The translations under genes were made by a program, and so were the position numbers. Under the pieces are notes generated by a model that saw nothing but the letters and a program-made list of their open reading frames with translations, made no database searches and was not told the DNA's origin. Source: Chitinophaga pinensis (GTDB lineage: Bacteria; Bacteroidota; Bacteroidia; Chitinophagales; Chitinophagaceae). Taken from it: DNA of 64,000 nucleotides. The DNA lies in the NCBI GenBank assembly GCA_945860605.1, contig CAMAQL010000001.1, positions 3,236 to 67,235 of the forward strand, given 5' to 3'. Shown piece by piece: positions 11,308 through 20,927 of this stretch (position 1 is the first letter of the stretch; every line of letters begins with the position of its first letter).

Positions 11308-11348
11308 TCAAGTCATTGATTTTCTAAATACACCATCAATAATTACAG

Positions 11349-11531
11349 ATGAAAAAGATTAAAATAACTCAAGTAAAAAGCGGCATCGACAGATCTGAGC
11401 GTCAAAAACAAACTTTGATTGCATTAGGTCTTAGAAAAATAAACGCTACTAAAGAAGTTGAGGCAACGCCTCAAATCTTAGGTATGGTGAATAAAGTAAG
11501 CCACTTAATTAAAGTAGAAGAGATCGCTTAA
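11349..11531 (+). CDS. rpmD: 50S ribosomal protein L30
   Basis: IKITQVKSGI ... GMVNKVSHLI. Confidence 0.98.
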   Translation: MKKIKITQVKSGIDRSERQKQTLIALGLRKINATKEVEATPQILGMVNKVSHLIKVEEIA

Positions 11532-11592
11532 TTAGCGAAACTTCTCAATTTATAATGCGAGGGGAGATTCCCCGAAAGTAAAAATCAAAAAA

Positions 11593-12039
11593 ATGAAATT
11601 ACACAATTTAAAACCTGCAGAAGGTTCAGTACACAAAGCAATTAGAATCGGTAGAGGTGAAGCATCTGGTAAGGGTGGTACATCTACTAAAGGTAATAAA
11701 GGTGGTCAGTCTCGTGCTGGTTACAAAAGCAAAATGGCACACGAAGGTGGTCAGATGCCAATTCAACGTAGAGTTCCAAAGCGTGGATTCAAAAATATCA
11801 ACCGTATTGACTACGTAGTATTCAACTTAGGTCAATTAGATCAATTGATCGAGAAATATGGTTTTACAGAAATTACTCCAGAAAACTTATACATGAATAG
11901 CTTAATCAGTCGTACTGATTTAGTAAAAGTGTTAGCAAATGGCGAATTAAAAACTAAGATCAATTTCAGAGTCAACGCAGCAAGTAAGAAAGCACAAGAT
12001 GCGATCGTTGCAGCTGGCGGAACCATTGAAATAATCTAA
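11593..12039 (+). CDS. rplO: 50S ribosomal protein L15
   Basis: RIGRGEASGKGGT ... EGGQMPIQRRVPKRGF. Confidence 0.99.
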   Translation: MKLHNLKPAEGSVHKAIRIGRGEASGKGGTSTKGNKGGQSRAGYKSKMAHEGGQMPIQRRVPKRGFKNINRIDYVVFNLGQLDQLIEKYGFTEITPENLYMNSLISRTDLVKVLANGELKTKINFRVNAASKKAQDAIVAAGGTIEII

Positions 12040-12056
12040 TTTTTTTAGTATATTGC

Positions 12057-12082
12057 AAGACGCATTAACAGTGCGTCTTTTT
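12057..12082 (+). terminator. Terminator-like hairpin between rplO and secY
   Basis: AAGACGCA-TTAACAG-TGCGTCTT followed by TTT; overlaps a TATATTGC -7-like motif at 12049-56. Confidence 0.55.
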
Positions 12083-12115
12083 AATTTAAAGGGCCAAGCA
12101 CATAATTAAACACTG

Positions 12116-13456
12116 ATGAAAAAACTAATAGATACATTTAAAAATATTTGGGCAATCGACGAACTAAAATCTAAGATTATAGTGACTTTGTTGTTCGTAT
12201 TGACTTATAGAATTGGTGCACAAATCACTTTACCTGGTATTAATCCATTGGCGATCGAAGCAGCTCAAAAAGCTGGTGGTAACAATGGTTTATTAGGCAT
12301 TTTTGATATGTTCGCTGGTGGTGCATTCTCTCAAGCTTCAATTTTAGCTTTGGGTATTATGCCTTATATCTCTGCTTCTATCTTTATGCAGTTGATGACT
12401 ATTTTAGTGCCTCAATTACAGAAGATTCAAAAAGAAGGAGAGAGTGGAAGAAACAAGATCAATCAATGGACACGTTATTTGACAGTGATTGTAACTTTGT
12501 TTCAAGCGGGTGCATATGTAGCGTATTTAAATAGCCCAGGTTATGCTGACGCATTGATTCCTGCATACAAAGATTATTTCTGGTTCTCTACTGTAGTCAC
12601 TTTAACAGCTGGTACTTTGTTTGTAATGTGGTTAGGTGAGAAAATTCAAGATAAAGGTTTAGGCAATGGTACTTCTATCATCATCATGGTGGGTATCTTA
12701 GCGCGTTTACCGCAATCAATCATCATGGAATTTGGTTCTAAGAGCCAAAAAGGTGGTGGTGGTTTGTTGATTTTCTTAATTGAAGTGGCTATTTTAGTGA
12801 CCATTATTATGGGCTTGATTTTATTGGTACAAGGTGATCGTAAGATCCCTGTAACTTATGCAAAGCAAGTCATTGGTGGCGCTCAAGTAGGTGGAGCACG
12901 TCAGTTTTTACCAGTTAAGGTAAATAGTGCTGGTGTAATGCCAATCATTTTTGCACAAGCAATTATGTTTTTGCCAACTTTAGTTTCTTTCACAAATATT
13001 GATTCTGCTCAAGGTATCGTTCGAATTTTCAATGACCACAGCAATGTTTGGTACATGTTGATTTATTCAGTGATGGTCATTGGATTTACTTTCTTGTATA
13101 CTGCATTAATTTTTAATCCAAAGCAAATCTCCGAAGACCTTAAGCGTAACAATGGATTCATTCCTGGTGTAAAGCCTGGTCAACCAACTACAGACTATAT
13201 CGGTGCTGTAATGGATAGAATTACTTTGCCAGGTGCGATCTTATTAGCATTGGTAGGTATCCTTCCAGGCTTTGCTCAAAAATTGGGTGTCACTCAAGGT
13301 TTTAGCACTTTCTTTGGAGGTACATCTTTATTAATCATGGTTGGTGTTATCTTGGATACTTTACAACAAATTGAAACTTATTTATTAATGCGTCAATATG
13401 ATGGATTAATGAGTACGGGTCGTGTTCAAGGAAGATCGCCAATTACAGGTATGTAA
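12116..13456 (+). CDS. secY: Preprotein translocase subunit SecY
   Basis: Multi-TM protein; ALGIMPYISASI, GVMPIIFA, FGGTSLLIMVGV. Confidence 0.99.
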   Translation: MKKLIDTFKNIWAIDELKSKIIVTLLFVLTYRIGAQITLPGINPLAIEAAQKAGGNNGLLGIFDMFAGGAFSQASILALGIMPYISASIFMQLMTILVPQLQKIQKEGESGRNKINQWTRYLTVIVTLFQAGAYVAYLNSPGYADALIPAYKDYFWFSTVVTLTAGTLFVMWLGEKIQDKGLGNGTSIIIMVGILARLPQSIIMEFGSKSQKGGGGLLIFLIEVAILVTIIMGLILLVQGDRKIPVTYAKQVIGGAQVGGARQFLPVKVNSAGVMPIIFAQAIMFLPTLVSFTNIDSAQGIVRIFNDHSNVWYMLIYSVMVIGFTFLYTALIFNPKQISEDLKRNNGFIPGVKPGQPTTDYIGAVMDRITLPGAILLALVGILPGFAQKLGVTQGFSTFFGGTSLLIMVGVILDTLQQIETYLLMRQYDGLMSTGRVQGRSPITGM

Positions 13457-13478
13457 TTGTTTATATATAATTATATTT

Positions 13479-13514
13479 ACAAACCTGTCCATTAAAAGAC
13501 AGGTTTGTTTTTTT
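13479..13514 (+). terminator. Intrinsic terminator after secY
   Basis: ACAAACCTGTC / GACAGGTTTGT 11-bp stem plus T tract. Confidence 0.75.
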
Positions 13515-13533
13515 AGCAACGAATTCACTTTCT

Positions 13534-14337
13534 ATGGTATATACAAAATCAGAAGAACAAGTTGGCCTCATGAAAGAGGCTGCTTTATTAGTGAGTCAAA
13601 CTTTGACAGAGGTTGCTAAAATGATCAAGCCAGGAATAACCACCTTAGACATAGATCAATTTTGCATGGAATTTGTGAAAGACCATAAAGCCACTTTGTC
13701 CTTTTATAATTATCATGGTTATCCGCACAATATCTGTGCATCAGTGAATGAGGTGGTGGTGCATGGTTTTCCAAATAAAATTGCATTGAAAGAGGGAGAT
13801 ATTGTATCTATCGATTTAGGCGTGATTTTAAATGGCTGGCATGGAGACCACGCTTATACTTTTATTTTAGGGGAGGTAGCACCAGAACTCTTACAATTGG
13901 TTAAGGTGACTAAAGAATCATTGTATAAAGGAATCGAAAAAGCAATTGTGAATAATAGAGTGGGAGACATTGGTTTTGCAATACAAGAACATACTGAGAA
14001 AAAAAATGGTTATGGTGTTGTAAGAGAATTAGTAGGGCATGGTTTAGGAACAGCATTACATGAAGATCCTCAAGTGCCTAATTATGGTAAAAGAGGAACG
14101 GGTATGAAGCTGGTTGAAAATCTAGTATTGGCGATTGAGCCTATGATTAATTTAGGCACACATAAAGTTTTTACCGAAGAGGATGGATGGACTGTTAGAA
14201 CACAGGACGGAAAAGCATCTGTACATTTTGAACATGACGTTTGTGTTAAAAAAAATGAAGCATTGATTTTATCAGATTTCTCCATCATTGAAGCTGCTGA
14301 AAAAGCAAATATCAATTTGAATTCATCTTACTATTAA
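13534..14337 (+). CDS. map: Methionine aminopeptidase type I
   Basis: SVNEVVVHGFP, GDIVSIDLG, GHGLG, AIEPMIN, SVHFEHDV. Confidence 0.98.
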   Translation: MVYTKSEEQVGLMKEAALLVSQTLTEVAKMIKPGITTLDIDQFCMEFVKDHKATLSFYNYHGYPHNICASVNEVVVHGFPNKIALKEGDIVSIDLGVILNGWHGDHAYTFILGEVAPELLQLVKVTKESLYKGIEKAIVNNRVGDIGFAIQEHTEKKNGYGVVRELVGHGLGTALHEDPQVPNYGKRGTGMKLVENLVLAIEPMINLGTHKVFTEEDGWTVRTQDGKASVHFEHDVCVKKNEALILSDFSIIEAAEKANINLNSSYY

Positions 14338-14353
14338 TTTGTAAAATAGCGTC

Positions 14354-15586
14354 ATGGAAACAAAAAACATTGTAGTCGTAGGAGGTGGAGCTGCAGGTTT
14401 TTTCTGTGCGATACAAATTGCAGAAATGCATCCAAATTGGCATGTGACCATCGTAGAAAAATCTACTAAATTATTATCAAAAGTACGTGTAAGTGGAGGC
14501 GGACGTTGCAATGTAACACATGCATGCCCTGACGTAGACCATTTAATTCAAAAGTATCCAAGAGGACAGCGTTTTCTAAAGAAGGCATTTTATCAATTTG
14601 CAACAAAGCAAACAATCGACTGGTTTGCTCATAACGAAGTTAAATTACATACAGAGAAAGATGGCCGCATGTTTCCTATCACCAATGATTCCGAAACAAT
14701 TGTAGCCTGCTTTATGCAAAAAGTAAATCAATATCAAATTGAAATACTTTTAAACCATGAAGTAGTCAGTGTTGAAAAAAAGGCCGACGCTACTAATCAA
14801 TTCGAAATAATTTGTAGTAATAAAATAGTCCTTAAAGCAGATCAAATTTGTTTTGCTGTTGGTGGCATTGTGAAGGCAGAAAATTTTAAATGGATTGAAA
14901 CCTTAGGGCATCATTTTATTCCTTCAGTACCATCACTGTTTACATTCAATGTCATTGATAAAAAAATTACGACTTTAATGGGCTTATCAGTGGAGCAAGC
15001 AAGTATACAATGGCAGGGTGAGAAATTTATTGAACAAGGACCCTTACTCATCACGCATTGGGGTATCAGTGGACCTGCAGCTATTAAGTTATCTGCATGG
15101 TGCGCTAGGGCCATGGCAGATGCAAACTACGAAGGCAATATTTTAATTAATTGGGTGCCTTTATATAATGAAAATTCGTTGCGATTAGAGTGGATGAATT
15201 TTAGACAAGATTTAGGAAGAAGGGAAATGGGATCAAAGAATCCATTTGATCTGCCACAAAGACTTTGGCATTACCTATTAACAGAATCGGGAATCGTTTT
15301 ACAAACAAAATGGGCCGATCTTAAAAATACACAACAACAACAGCTCATTCAATTACTCACAAGAATGTCATTGTCAATTAAAGGAAAGACCACTTTCAAA
15401 GAGGAATTTGTGACCTGTGGTGGAGTAGACCTTGCAGAAATAGACGCCATTACAATGGAAAGTAAAATGGTAACAGGTATACATTTTGCAGGTGAAATGA
15501 TGGACGTAGATGGAATCACAGGAGGTTTTAATTTCCAACATGCATGGACATCGGGATGGCTTGCTGCACAGCATATGGGGGCTTAA
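14354..15586 (+). CDS. HI0933/YhiN-family flavoprotein (NAD(P)/FAD-dependent oxidoreductase)
   Basis: GGGAAG, KVRVSGGGRCNVT, VTCGGV, DGITGGFNFQHAWTSG. Confidence 0.92.
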   Translation: METKNIVVVGGGAAGFFCAIQIAEMHPNWHVTIVEKSTKLLSKVRVSGGGRCNVTHACPDVDHLIQKYPRGQRFLKKAFYQFATKQTIDWFAHNEVKLHTEKDGRMFPITNDSETIVACFMQKVNQYQIEILLNHEVVSVEKKADATNQFEIICSNKIVLKADQICFAVGGIVKAENFKWIETLGHHFIPSVPSLFTFNVIDKKITTLMGLSVEQASIQWQGEKFIEQGPLLITHWGISGPAAIKLSAWCARAMADANYEGNILINWVPLYNENSLRLEWMNFRQDLGRREMGSKNPFDLPQRLWHYLLTESGIVLQTKWADLKNTQQQQLIQLLTRMSLSIKGKTTFKEEFVTCGGVDLAEIDAITMESKMVTGIHFAGEMMDVDGITGGFNFQHAWTSGWLAAQHMGA

Positions 15587-15728
15587 AACAGGATGCTTAG
15601 TCTTAAATAATACATCCTTTGGCATCTAAGTCAATACAGCTTCAATTTCTTATTGAAAATCAATTAGTTAGAATTTAATAATGCCTCATTTTTTGGGGCT
15701 TTTTGCATCTATTTTATCCCATTTATAC

Positions 15729-15736
15729 TACCTTTG
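15729..15736 (+). promoter_or_regulatory. -7 promoter element of rpsA
   Basis: TACCTTTG 29 nt upstream of ATG 15766; the leader carries a small TCCGG/CCGGA hairpin (15740-15759). Confidence 0.7.
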
Positions 15737-15765
15737 CTCTCCGGTTCAAAAACGCCGGATTTTAT

Positions 15766-17652
15766 ATGAAACTATTTTCAAAAAACCTAAACGCAGAAGC
15801 ACAGGAGTTCGATGGCGCTACAGCTGTTGAAGAAACTGCGATAACAAAAGCACCTGAAGTGGTAGTGGTTGAAACTGCACACGACGATTTCGATTGGAGC
15901 GTAGACAAACGTAATGTGAGTTCTTATGCCGAAGCTGAAAGAGTAAAGTATGATAAAGTGTATGATGACACTTTCGTACAAATTAATGACGGTGAGATTA
16001 TGAATGGTCTTGTTGTTGCTTTAACTAAAACTGATGTGGTAGTAAACATCGGATTTAAAAGTGATGGCTTGGTTTCATTGAATGAATTCCGTGACACCAA
16101 TGGTGTAAAAACTGGTGATACAGTTGAGGTAATGGTAGTAGAAAAAGAAGACCGTGATGGTAATCTTCACTTAAGCCGTAAGTCTGCTCGTATCTACCGT
16201 GCTTGGGAGCGTATTATGGAAGTACATAAGACTGGTGAAGTTGTTACCGGTTTAGTTACAAGCAAAACTAAAGGTGGATTAATCGTGGATGTATTTGGTA
16301 TGGAAACTTTCTTACCAGGTTCTCAAATCGATGTGAAGCCAGTTACAGATTACGATCAATTCGTAGGAAAAACAATGGAGTTCAAAGTTGTTAAGATTAA
16401 CGAAACAATTAAGAATGCCGTTGTATCACATAAAGCATTAATTGAAAGCGATATCGAAGCACAACGTGCAGAGATCATGAGTAAATTAGAGAAAGGTCAA
16501 GTATTAGAAGGTGTTGTTAAAAACATCACTGATTTCGGAGCCTTCATGGACTTAGGTGGATTAGATGGTTTATTGTATATCACGGATATCTCTTGGGGTA
16601 GAATTTCTCATCCAAGTGAAGTGGTTAAGATGGATCAGAAGATTCAAGTGGTTGTATTAGACTTTGATGATGACAAAAAACGTATCAGCTTAGGTTTAAA
16701 ACAATTGACTCCACACCCTTGGGATGTATTACCAGCTGACTTATCAGAAGGTAGTGTAGTGAAAGGTAAAGTTGTGAACATCGAAGATTACGGTGCGTTC
16801 TTAGAAATTCAACCAGGTGTTGAAGGTCTAGTTCACGTTTCTGAAATCACTTGGGCGAACACACCAATCAACGCTAAAGAATTCTTCAAATTAGGAGACG
16901 AGCATGAAGCGAAGGTGGTTACATTAGATAAAGATGCACGTAAGATGAGCTTAAGCATTAAACAAATGTCTCAAGATCCTTGGAATGCAATCGATAATAA
17001 ATTCCCTGAACAAAGCAAGCACAAAGGTCTAGTTAAAAATATCACTCCTTACGGTGTGTTTATTGAATTAGGATCTGGTATTGGTGGAATGATTCACATC
17101 AGCGATTTAAGCTGGTTGAAGCGTTTCAATCACCCTTCTGAGTATGTGAAAGTAGGAGAGTCTATCGACATCATTATCTTGAACATCGACAAAGAAAACA
17201 GAAAATTACAATTAGGTCATAAGCAATTAGAAGAAGATCCTTGGAATGCATTAGAAGCAACTTTTGCAATTGGATCAATTCACGAAGGTACCATCAGCCG
17301 TAAGGATGAAAAAGGTGCTATCGTACAAATGCCTTATGGTTTAGAAGGTTTCGCGCCTAACCGTCACTTAGCTAAAGAAGATGGCAAACAAGTTCAAGCC
17401 GAAGAAACTGCACAATTCATGGTGATCGAATTCGATCGTAATGAAAAACGTATTGTAGTGTCTCATGCAAGAATTTGGGAGCAAAACATCCAAGAAGAAA
17501 AAGAAGTAGCTAAGAAAGAAGCAAAAGCTGATAGTGATAACACTAAAAAAGCAGTTAAAGCAGTACAAGCTAAAGTAGAGAAATCTACCTTAGGTGATTT
17601 AGGTGCTTTAGCAGAAATCAAAGCGAAATTAGACGAGAAAAACGAAGGGTAG
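15766..17652 (+). CDS. rpsA: 30S ribosomal protein S1 (start moved to ATG 15766)
   Basis: Repeated S1 domains (FGAFMDLGGLDGLL, YGAFLEI..GVEGLVHVSEI); the promoter lies inside the longer ORF-track N-terminus. Confidence 0.98.
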   Translation: MKLFSKNLNAEAQEFDGATAVEETAITKAPEVVVVETAHDDFDWSVDKRNVSSYAEAERVKYDKVYDDTFVQINDGEIMNGLVVALTKTDVVVNIGFKSDGLVSLNEFRDTNGVKTGDTVEVMVVEKEDRDGNLHLSRKSARIYRAWERIMEVHKTGEVVTGLVTSKTKGGLIVDVFGMETFLPGSQIDVKPVTDYDQFVGKTMEFKVVKINETIKNAVVSHKALIESDIEAQRAEIMSKLEKGQVLEGVVKNITDFGAFMDLGGLDGLLYITDISWGRISHPSEVVKMDQKIQVVVLDFDDDKKRISLGLKQLTPHPWDVLPADLSEGSVVKGKVVNIEDYGAFLEIQPGVEGLVHVSEITWANTPINAKEFFKLGDEHEAKVVTLDKDARKMSLSIKQMSQDPWNAIDNKFPEQSKHKGLVKNITPYGVFIELGSGIGGMIHISDLSWLKRFNHPSEYVKVGESIDIIILNIDKENRKLQLGHKQLEEDPWNALEATFAIGSIHEGTISRKDEKGAIVQMPYGLEGFAPNRHLAKEDGKQVQAEETAQFMVIEFDRNEKRIVVSHARIWEQNIQEEKEVAKKEAKADSDNTKKAVKAVQAKVEKSTLGDLGALAEIKAKLDEKNEG

Positions 17653-17673
17653 AATCCTTAATGATATCTTGAT

Positions 17674-17716
17674 AAAAGCCCCTTACCGATGATTCGGGAA
17701 GGGGCTTTTGTTTTTT
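17674..17716 (+). terminator. Intrinsic terminator after rpsA
   Basis: AAAAGCCCCTT..CCGA / TCGG..AAGGGGCTTTT stem plus T tract. Confidence 0.85.
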
Positions 17717-17897
17717 GTCGCCTTTTATAGAAATATAAAGGCTCAAAAAAACACACTAATGATTTAAAGCCCCCCATGGGCTTTTTGGTAAATAACTGAC
17801 TATCAAGCAGGTTTTAGCGATTTCTTAACGTCAAAGCCTTTATTCGCAATCTTTTTCGTACTAAATTGGGGATTATTAGTTAATTTTGCCACCCTGT

Positions 17898-18692
17898 ATG
17901 AATAGAATCATCTTATTATTTTGCCTGATTTTGAGTTTGAGTGCCTGTACTTCAAAGTTCCAAAAAGTATTGAAGAACAAGGACACAGACTATAAGATCA
18001 AAATGGCTGAAAAGTATTATGCAGAAAAGAAATACACTAACGCACAACAGCTCTTTGAATCAGTTATTCAGTTCGTAAAAGGAACGCCTCGTTATGAGGA
18101 ATTGTATTTAATGTATGCGAATTCTTATTATTATGATAAGGATTATGAGAATGCAGAAAATATATATAAAACTTTTGTAGAGTATTTCCCTAATTCTCCA
18201 AAAGTGGAAGAAGTAGAATTTATGAGGGCTTATACTTATTTTCAACGTTCTCCAAAAGCTGAATTAGATCAAACTACCACCAATAGGGCCATGCAATTAA
18301 TGCAGTCTTTTATTGATGCGCATCCAACGAGTCCAAAAGTGAAGGAGGCTTCAGAAGTAATTGATGCTTGTAGAGAAAAGCTGGAATTGAAGGACTATAA
18401 AACATCCACATTGTATTTTGACCTTGCCTTGTATCGTGCAGCTGCTATATCTTATGGTTTGTTATCAGATTACTTCCCTGACTCTAAACAAGCTGATAGA
18501 TATAAGTTATTAACTTTGAAGGCCTATTTCAAGTTTGCAGAAAATAGCTTCGTTGATAAACAAAAAGAACGTTTTGAAAAAGTGATATTTGAATACAATG
18601 ATTTTGTAGATAGATATAGTGATAGTCCATTGATGACTGAAGCAAAAAAAATAAAGAAACAAACTGATCAATATTTAAATAATATAAAATGA
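17898..18692 (+). CDS. bamD: Outer membrane protein assembly factor BamD (lipoprotein)
   Basis: Lipobox LSAC, TPR-like repeats, ELDQTTT; TAATTTTG motif at 17881-88 supports start 17898; upstream of rpoZ as usual in Bacteroidota. Confidence 0.9.
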   Translation: MNRIILLFCLILSLSACTSKFQKVLKNKDTDYKIKMAEKYYAEKKYTNAQQLFESVIQFVKGTPRYEELYLMYANSYYYDKDYENAENIYKTFVEYFPNSPKVEEVEFMRAYTYFQRSPKAELDQTTTNRAMQLMQSFIDAHPTSPKVKEASEVIDACREKLELKDYKTSTLYFDLALYRAAAISYGLLSDYFPDSKQADRYKLLTLKAYFKFAENSFVDKQKERFEKVIFEYNDFVDRYSDSPLMTEAKKIKKQTDQYLNNIK

Positions 18693-19033
18693 GTAAATTA
18701 AGAAGACATATGGGTGCTAACACACCTGCTGTAGTTGAAACAAAAAGTTTGAAAGCCTTGAAAGCAAAGACAGGAAATTTGTATGAATCAATTTCTATTA
18801 TTGCCAAAAGAGCAAATCAAATCAATATCTCTATTAGAGAAGAATTGCATTCTAAATTAGAGGAGTTCGCAAGCCATACAGACAGCTTGGAAGAGATTCA
18901 TGAGAATAAAGAGCAAATTGAAATCTCTAAAGCTTATGAGCGTATGCCAAATCCAGCTATTTTAGCAACTGCTGAATTCATTGAAGACAAGATCTATCAT
19001 CGTAAAAATGAGGAAGCGGATTTATTCCGTTAA
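18689..19033 (+). CDS. rpoZ: RNA polymerase omega subunit (Bacteroidota type)
   Basis: TGNLYESISIIAKRANQI ... EQIEISKAYERMPNP; ATGA overlap with bamD. Confidence 0.92.
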   Translation: MSKLRRHMGANTPAVVETKSLKALKAKTGNLYESISIIAKRANQINISIREELHSKLEEFASHTDSLEEIHENKEQIEISKAYERMPNPAILATAEFIEDKIYHRKNEEADLFR

Positions 19034-19053
19034 ACTTATAAAGGTATTTATAT

Positions 19054-19082
19054 AAAACGTCCCGAATCTTCGGGACGTTTTT
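19054..19082 (+). terminator. Intrinsic terminator after rpoZ
   Basis: AAAACGTCCCGA-ATCT-TCGGGACGTTTT 12-bp stem. Confidence 0.85.
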
Positions 19083-19109
19083 GTATTTTAGAGTATAAAA
19101 CAAGCAAGC

Positions 19110-20033
19110 ATGTTTTTAAAACAAATAGGAATCATTTTATTTTGCTTTTGTACTTTTCAACATTTGAAAGGACAGGAGATTGCTTCCGTTGTAAGCTTGC
19201 AAACCAATAAAGTGGACAATCAAGTTGATCCTAAAATTTTTACGCAACTTCAATCACAGTTAAAAGATTTTATCAACCAACGTAAATGGACTTCAGATAT
19301 ATTTACACAAGAAGAAAAAGTAGATTGTAGTTTTTTTATTACCATTGAATCCGTTGTTGCTCCAGGTGTGTACAATGCGAAATTAAGTATTGTTGCTAAT
19401 CGGCCCGTGTATCGTGCCAATTATACGACACCATTATTGAATATGCAGGATGCTAATTTCACATTTAAATATCAATTAGGTCAGCCTATTGAATTCAATG
19501 AAAATAATGTAGCCAGAACAGATGCATTAGAAGCAAATTTAACAGCCACGCTGGCCTATTATGTGTATATCATTCTAGGCTTAGATTACGATTCGTTTTC
19601 TAAAAATGGAGGCGCGCCTTATTTTAATAAAGCATTAAATGTGGTGTACAATGCGCCCGATGGATCAGGTATCAGTGGATGGAAATCTTATGATGGACAA
19701 CGTAACCGATTCGTATTCATTGACAATCTTACTAAAAGCGGTTTTGATAAATTACATGAAATTAGTTTTAACTATTATAGAAAAGGGATGGATCAAATGG
19801 CCGAACAGCCAGAGCAGGCAAAAGTGGCCATTCTGAATGCACTCATGAGTCTACAAGAATTAAACGAGGACAATGTGAACTCCATGGTCATCCCTATTTT
19901 TATGCAAGGCAGGGTGACAGAATTAATTGGGTTGTTTTCGAATGCGGATAGGCCAACTAAAAAGCAACTGATGACAACCTTATCTGCTATTGACATTACA
20001 AATATCAATAAGTATAAAACCTATTTTGAATGA
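19110..20033 (+). CDS. porD: DUF4835-family secreted protein (annotated as T9SS PorD)
   Basis: Signal peptide; FINQRKWT, NLTATLAYYVYIILGLDYDSF; usual neighbourhood after rpoZ. Confidence 0.75.
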   Translation: MFLKQIGIILFCFCTFQHLKGQEIASVVSLQTNKVDNQVDPKIFTQLQSQLKDFINQRKWTSDIFTQEEKVDCSFFITIESVVAPGVYNAKLSIVANRPVYRANYTTPLLNMQDANFTFKYQLGQPIEFNENNVARTDALEANLTATLAYYVYIILGLDYDSFSKNGGAPYFNKALNVVYNAPDGSGISGWKSYDGQRNRFVFIDNLTKSGFDKLHEISFNYYRKGMDQMAEQPEQAKVAILNALMSLQELNEDNVNSMVIPIFMQGRVTELIGLFSNADRPTKKQLMTTLSAIDITNINKYKTYFE

Positions 20034-20374
20034 AAAAGCTCATTAGTATAGCATTTTTATTGCTTGGGGCATGTGACTCTAAGAAAGCAGAAAAGGAGGC
20101 CATTTTACCTATCAAAACGATGCAGCAAACTGTATGGCAATTGATGCAGGTAGATGAATACCTTTCAAGACAAATTCAGACCGACACCACCATAAAGCCA
20201 TCGCTTGTAAAAGCAGAATATTACCAACGTGTATTCAATTTAAATAAAATAGATCGAGTACAATTTTATACTACAATGGCTTATCTAGATAAGCACCCAG
20301 TTGACATGAAAGAGTTAATGGACTCTGTGGAAGCATTATCGAAAAGAGAAAAATTAGACCTTATTAAACATTAA
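20030..20374 (+). CDS. DUF4296-like small lipoprotein
   Basis: Lipobox LGAC; YQRVFNLNKIDRVQFYTTMAYL pattern. Confidence 0.65.
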   Translation: MKKLISIAFLLLGACDSKKAEKEAILPIKTMQQTVWQLMQVDEYLSRQIQTDTTIKPSLVKAEYYQRVFNLNKIDRVQFYTTMAYLDKHPVDMKELMDSVEALSKREKLDLIKH

Positions 20375-20446
20375 TTTTATTAAAATAAGGGAGGTTTCAT
20401 TAAACACTTTTACATTTGATTTGTTAAACTATTAAAATATACAACT

Positions 20447-20920
20447 ATGCCAATTTCAATCGGACAAAACGCTCCAAATTTTACTTTATTTGATACAGAT
20501 AAAAATCCAGTTCAATTAGCAGACGCTAAAGGAAAGAATGTGGTACTTTTATTTTTTCCACTTGCTTTTACAGGTGTTTGTACAACTGAACTTTGTAATG
20601 TAAGAGACAATATCGCAGCATACAATTCGACCAATGCCCAAGTATATGGAATTTCTGTAGATTCTTTATTTGCATTAGGCAAGTTTAAGGAAGAGCAAAA
20701 ATTAAATTTCCCTTTATTGAGTGATTTTAATAAAGCTGCAGCAACAGCGTTTGATGTATTGTATGAAACTTTCCCTGCTTTTGAAATGCAAGGTGTTAGT
20801 AAGCGTGCAGCATTTGTGCTTGATGCGAATGGCGTGGTACAATATGCTGAAGTTTGTCCTACACCTGGAGATTTACCTAATTTTGAGGCTATTCAAACAA
20901 CATTGAATTCATTGAACTGA
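20447..20920 (+). CDS. Peroxiredoxin (AhpE-like redoxin)
   Basis: FFPLAFTGVCTTELC, PLLSDFNK, KRAAFVLD; TACATTTG promoter motif at 20411-18. Confidence 0.9.
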   Translation: MPISIGQNAPNFTLFDTDKNPVQLADAKGKNVVLLFFPLAFTGVCTTELCNVRDNIAAYNSTNAQVYGISVDSLFALGKFKEEQKLNFPLLSDFNKAAATAFDVLYETFPAFEMQGVSKRAAFVLDANGVVQYAEVCPTPGDLPNFEAIQTTLNSLN

Positions 20921-20927
20921 AACGTTA

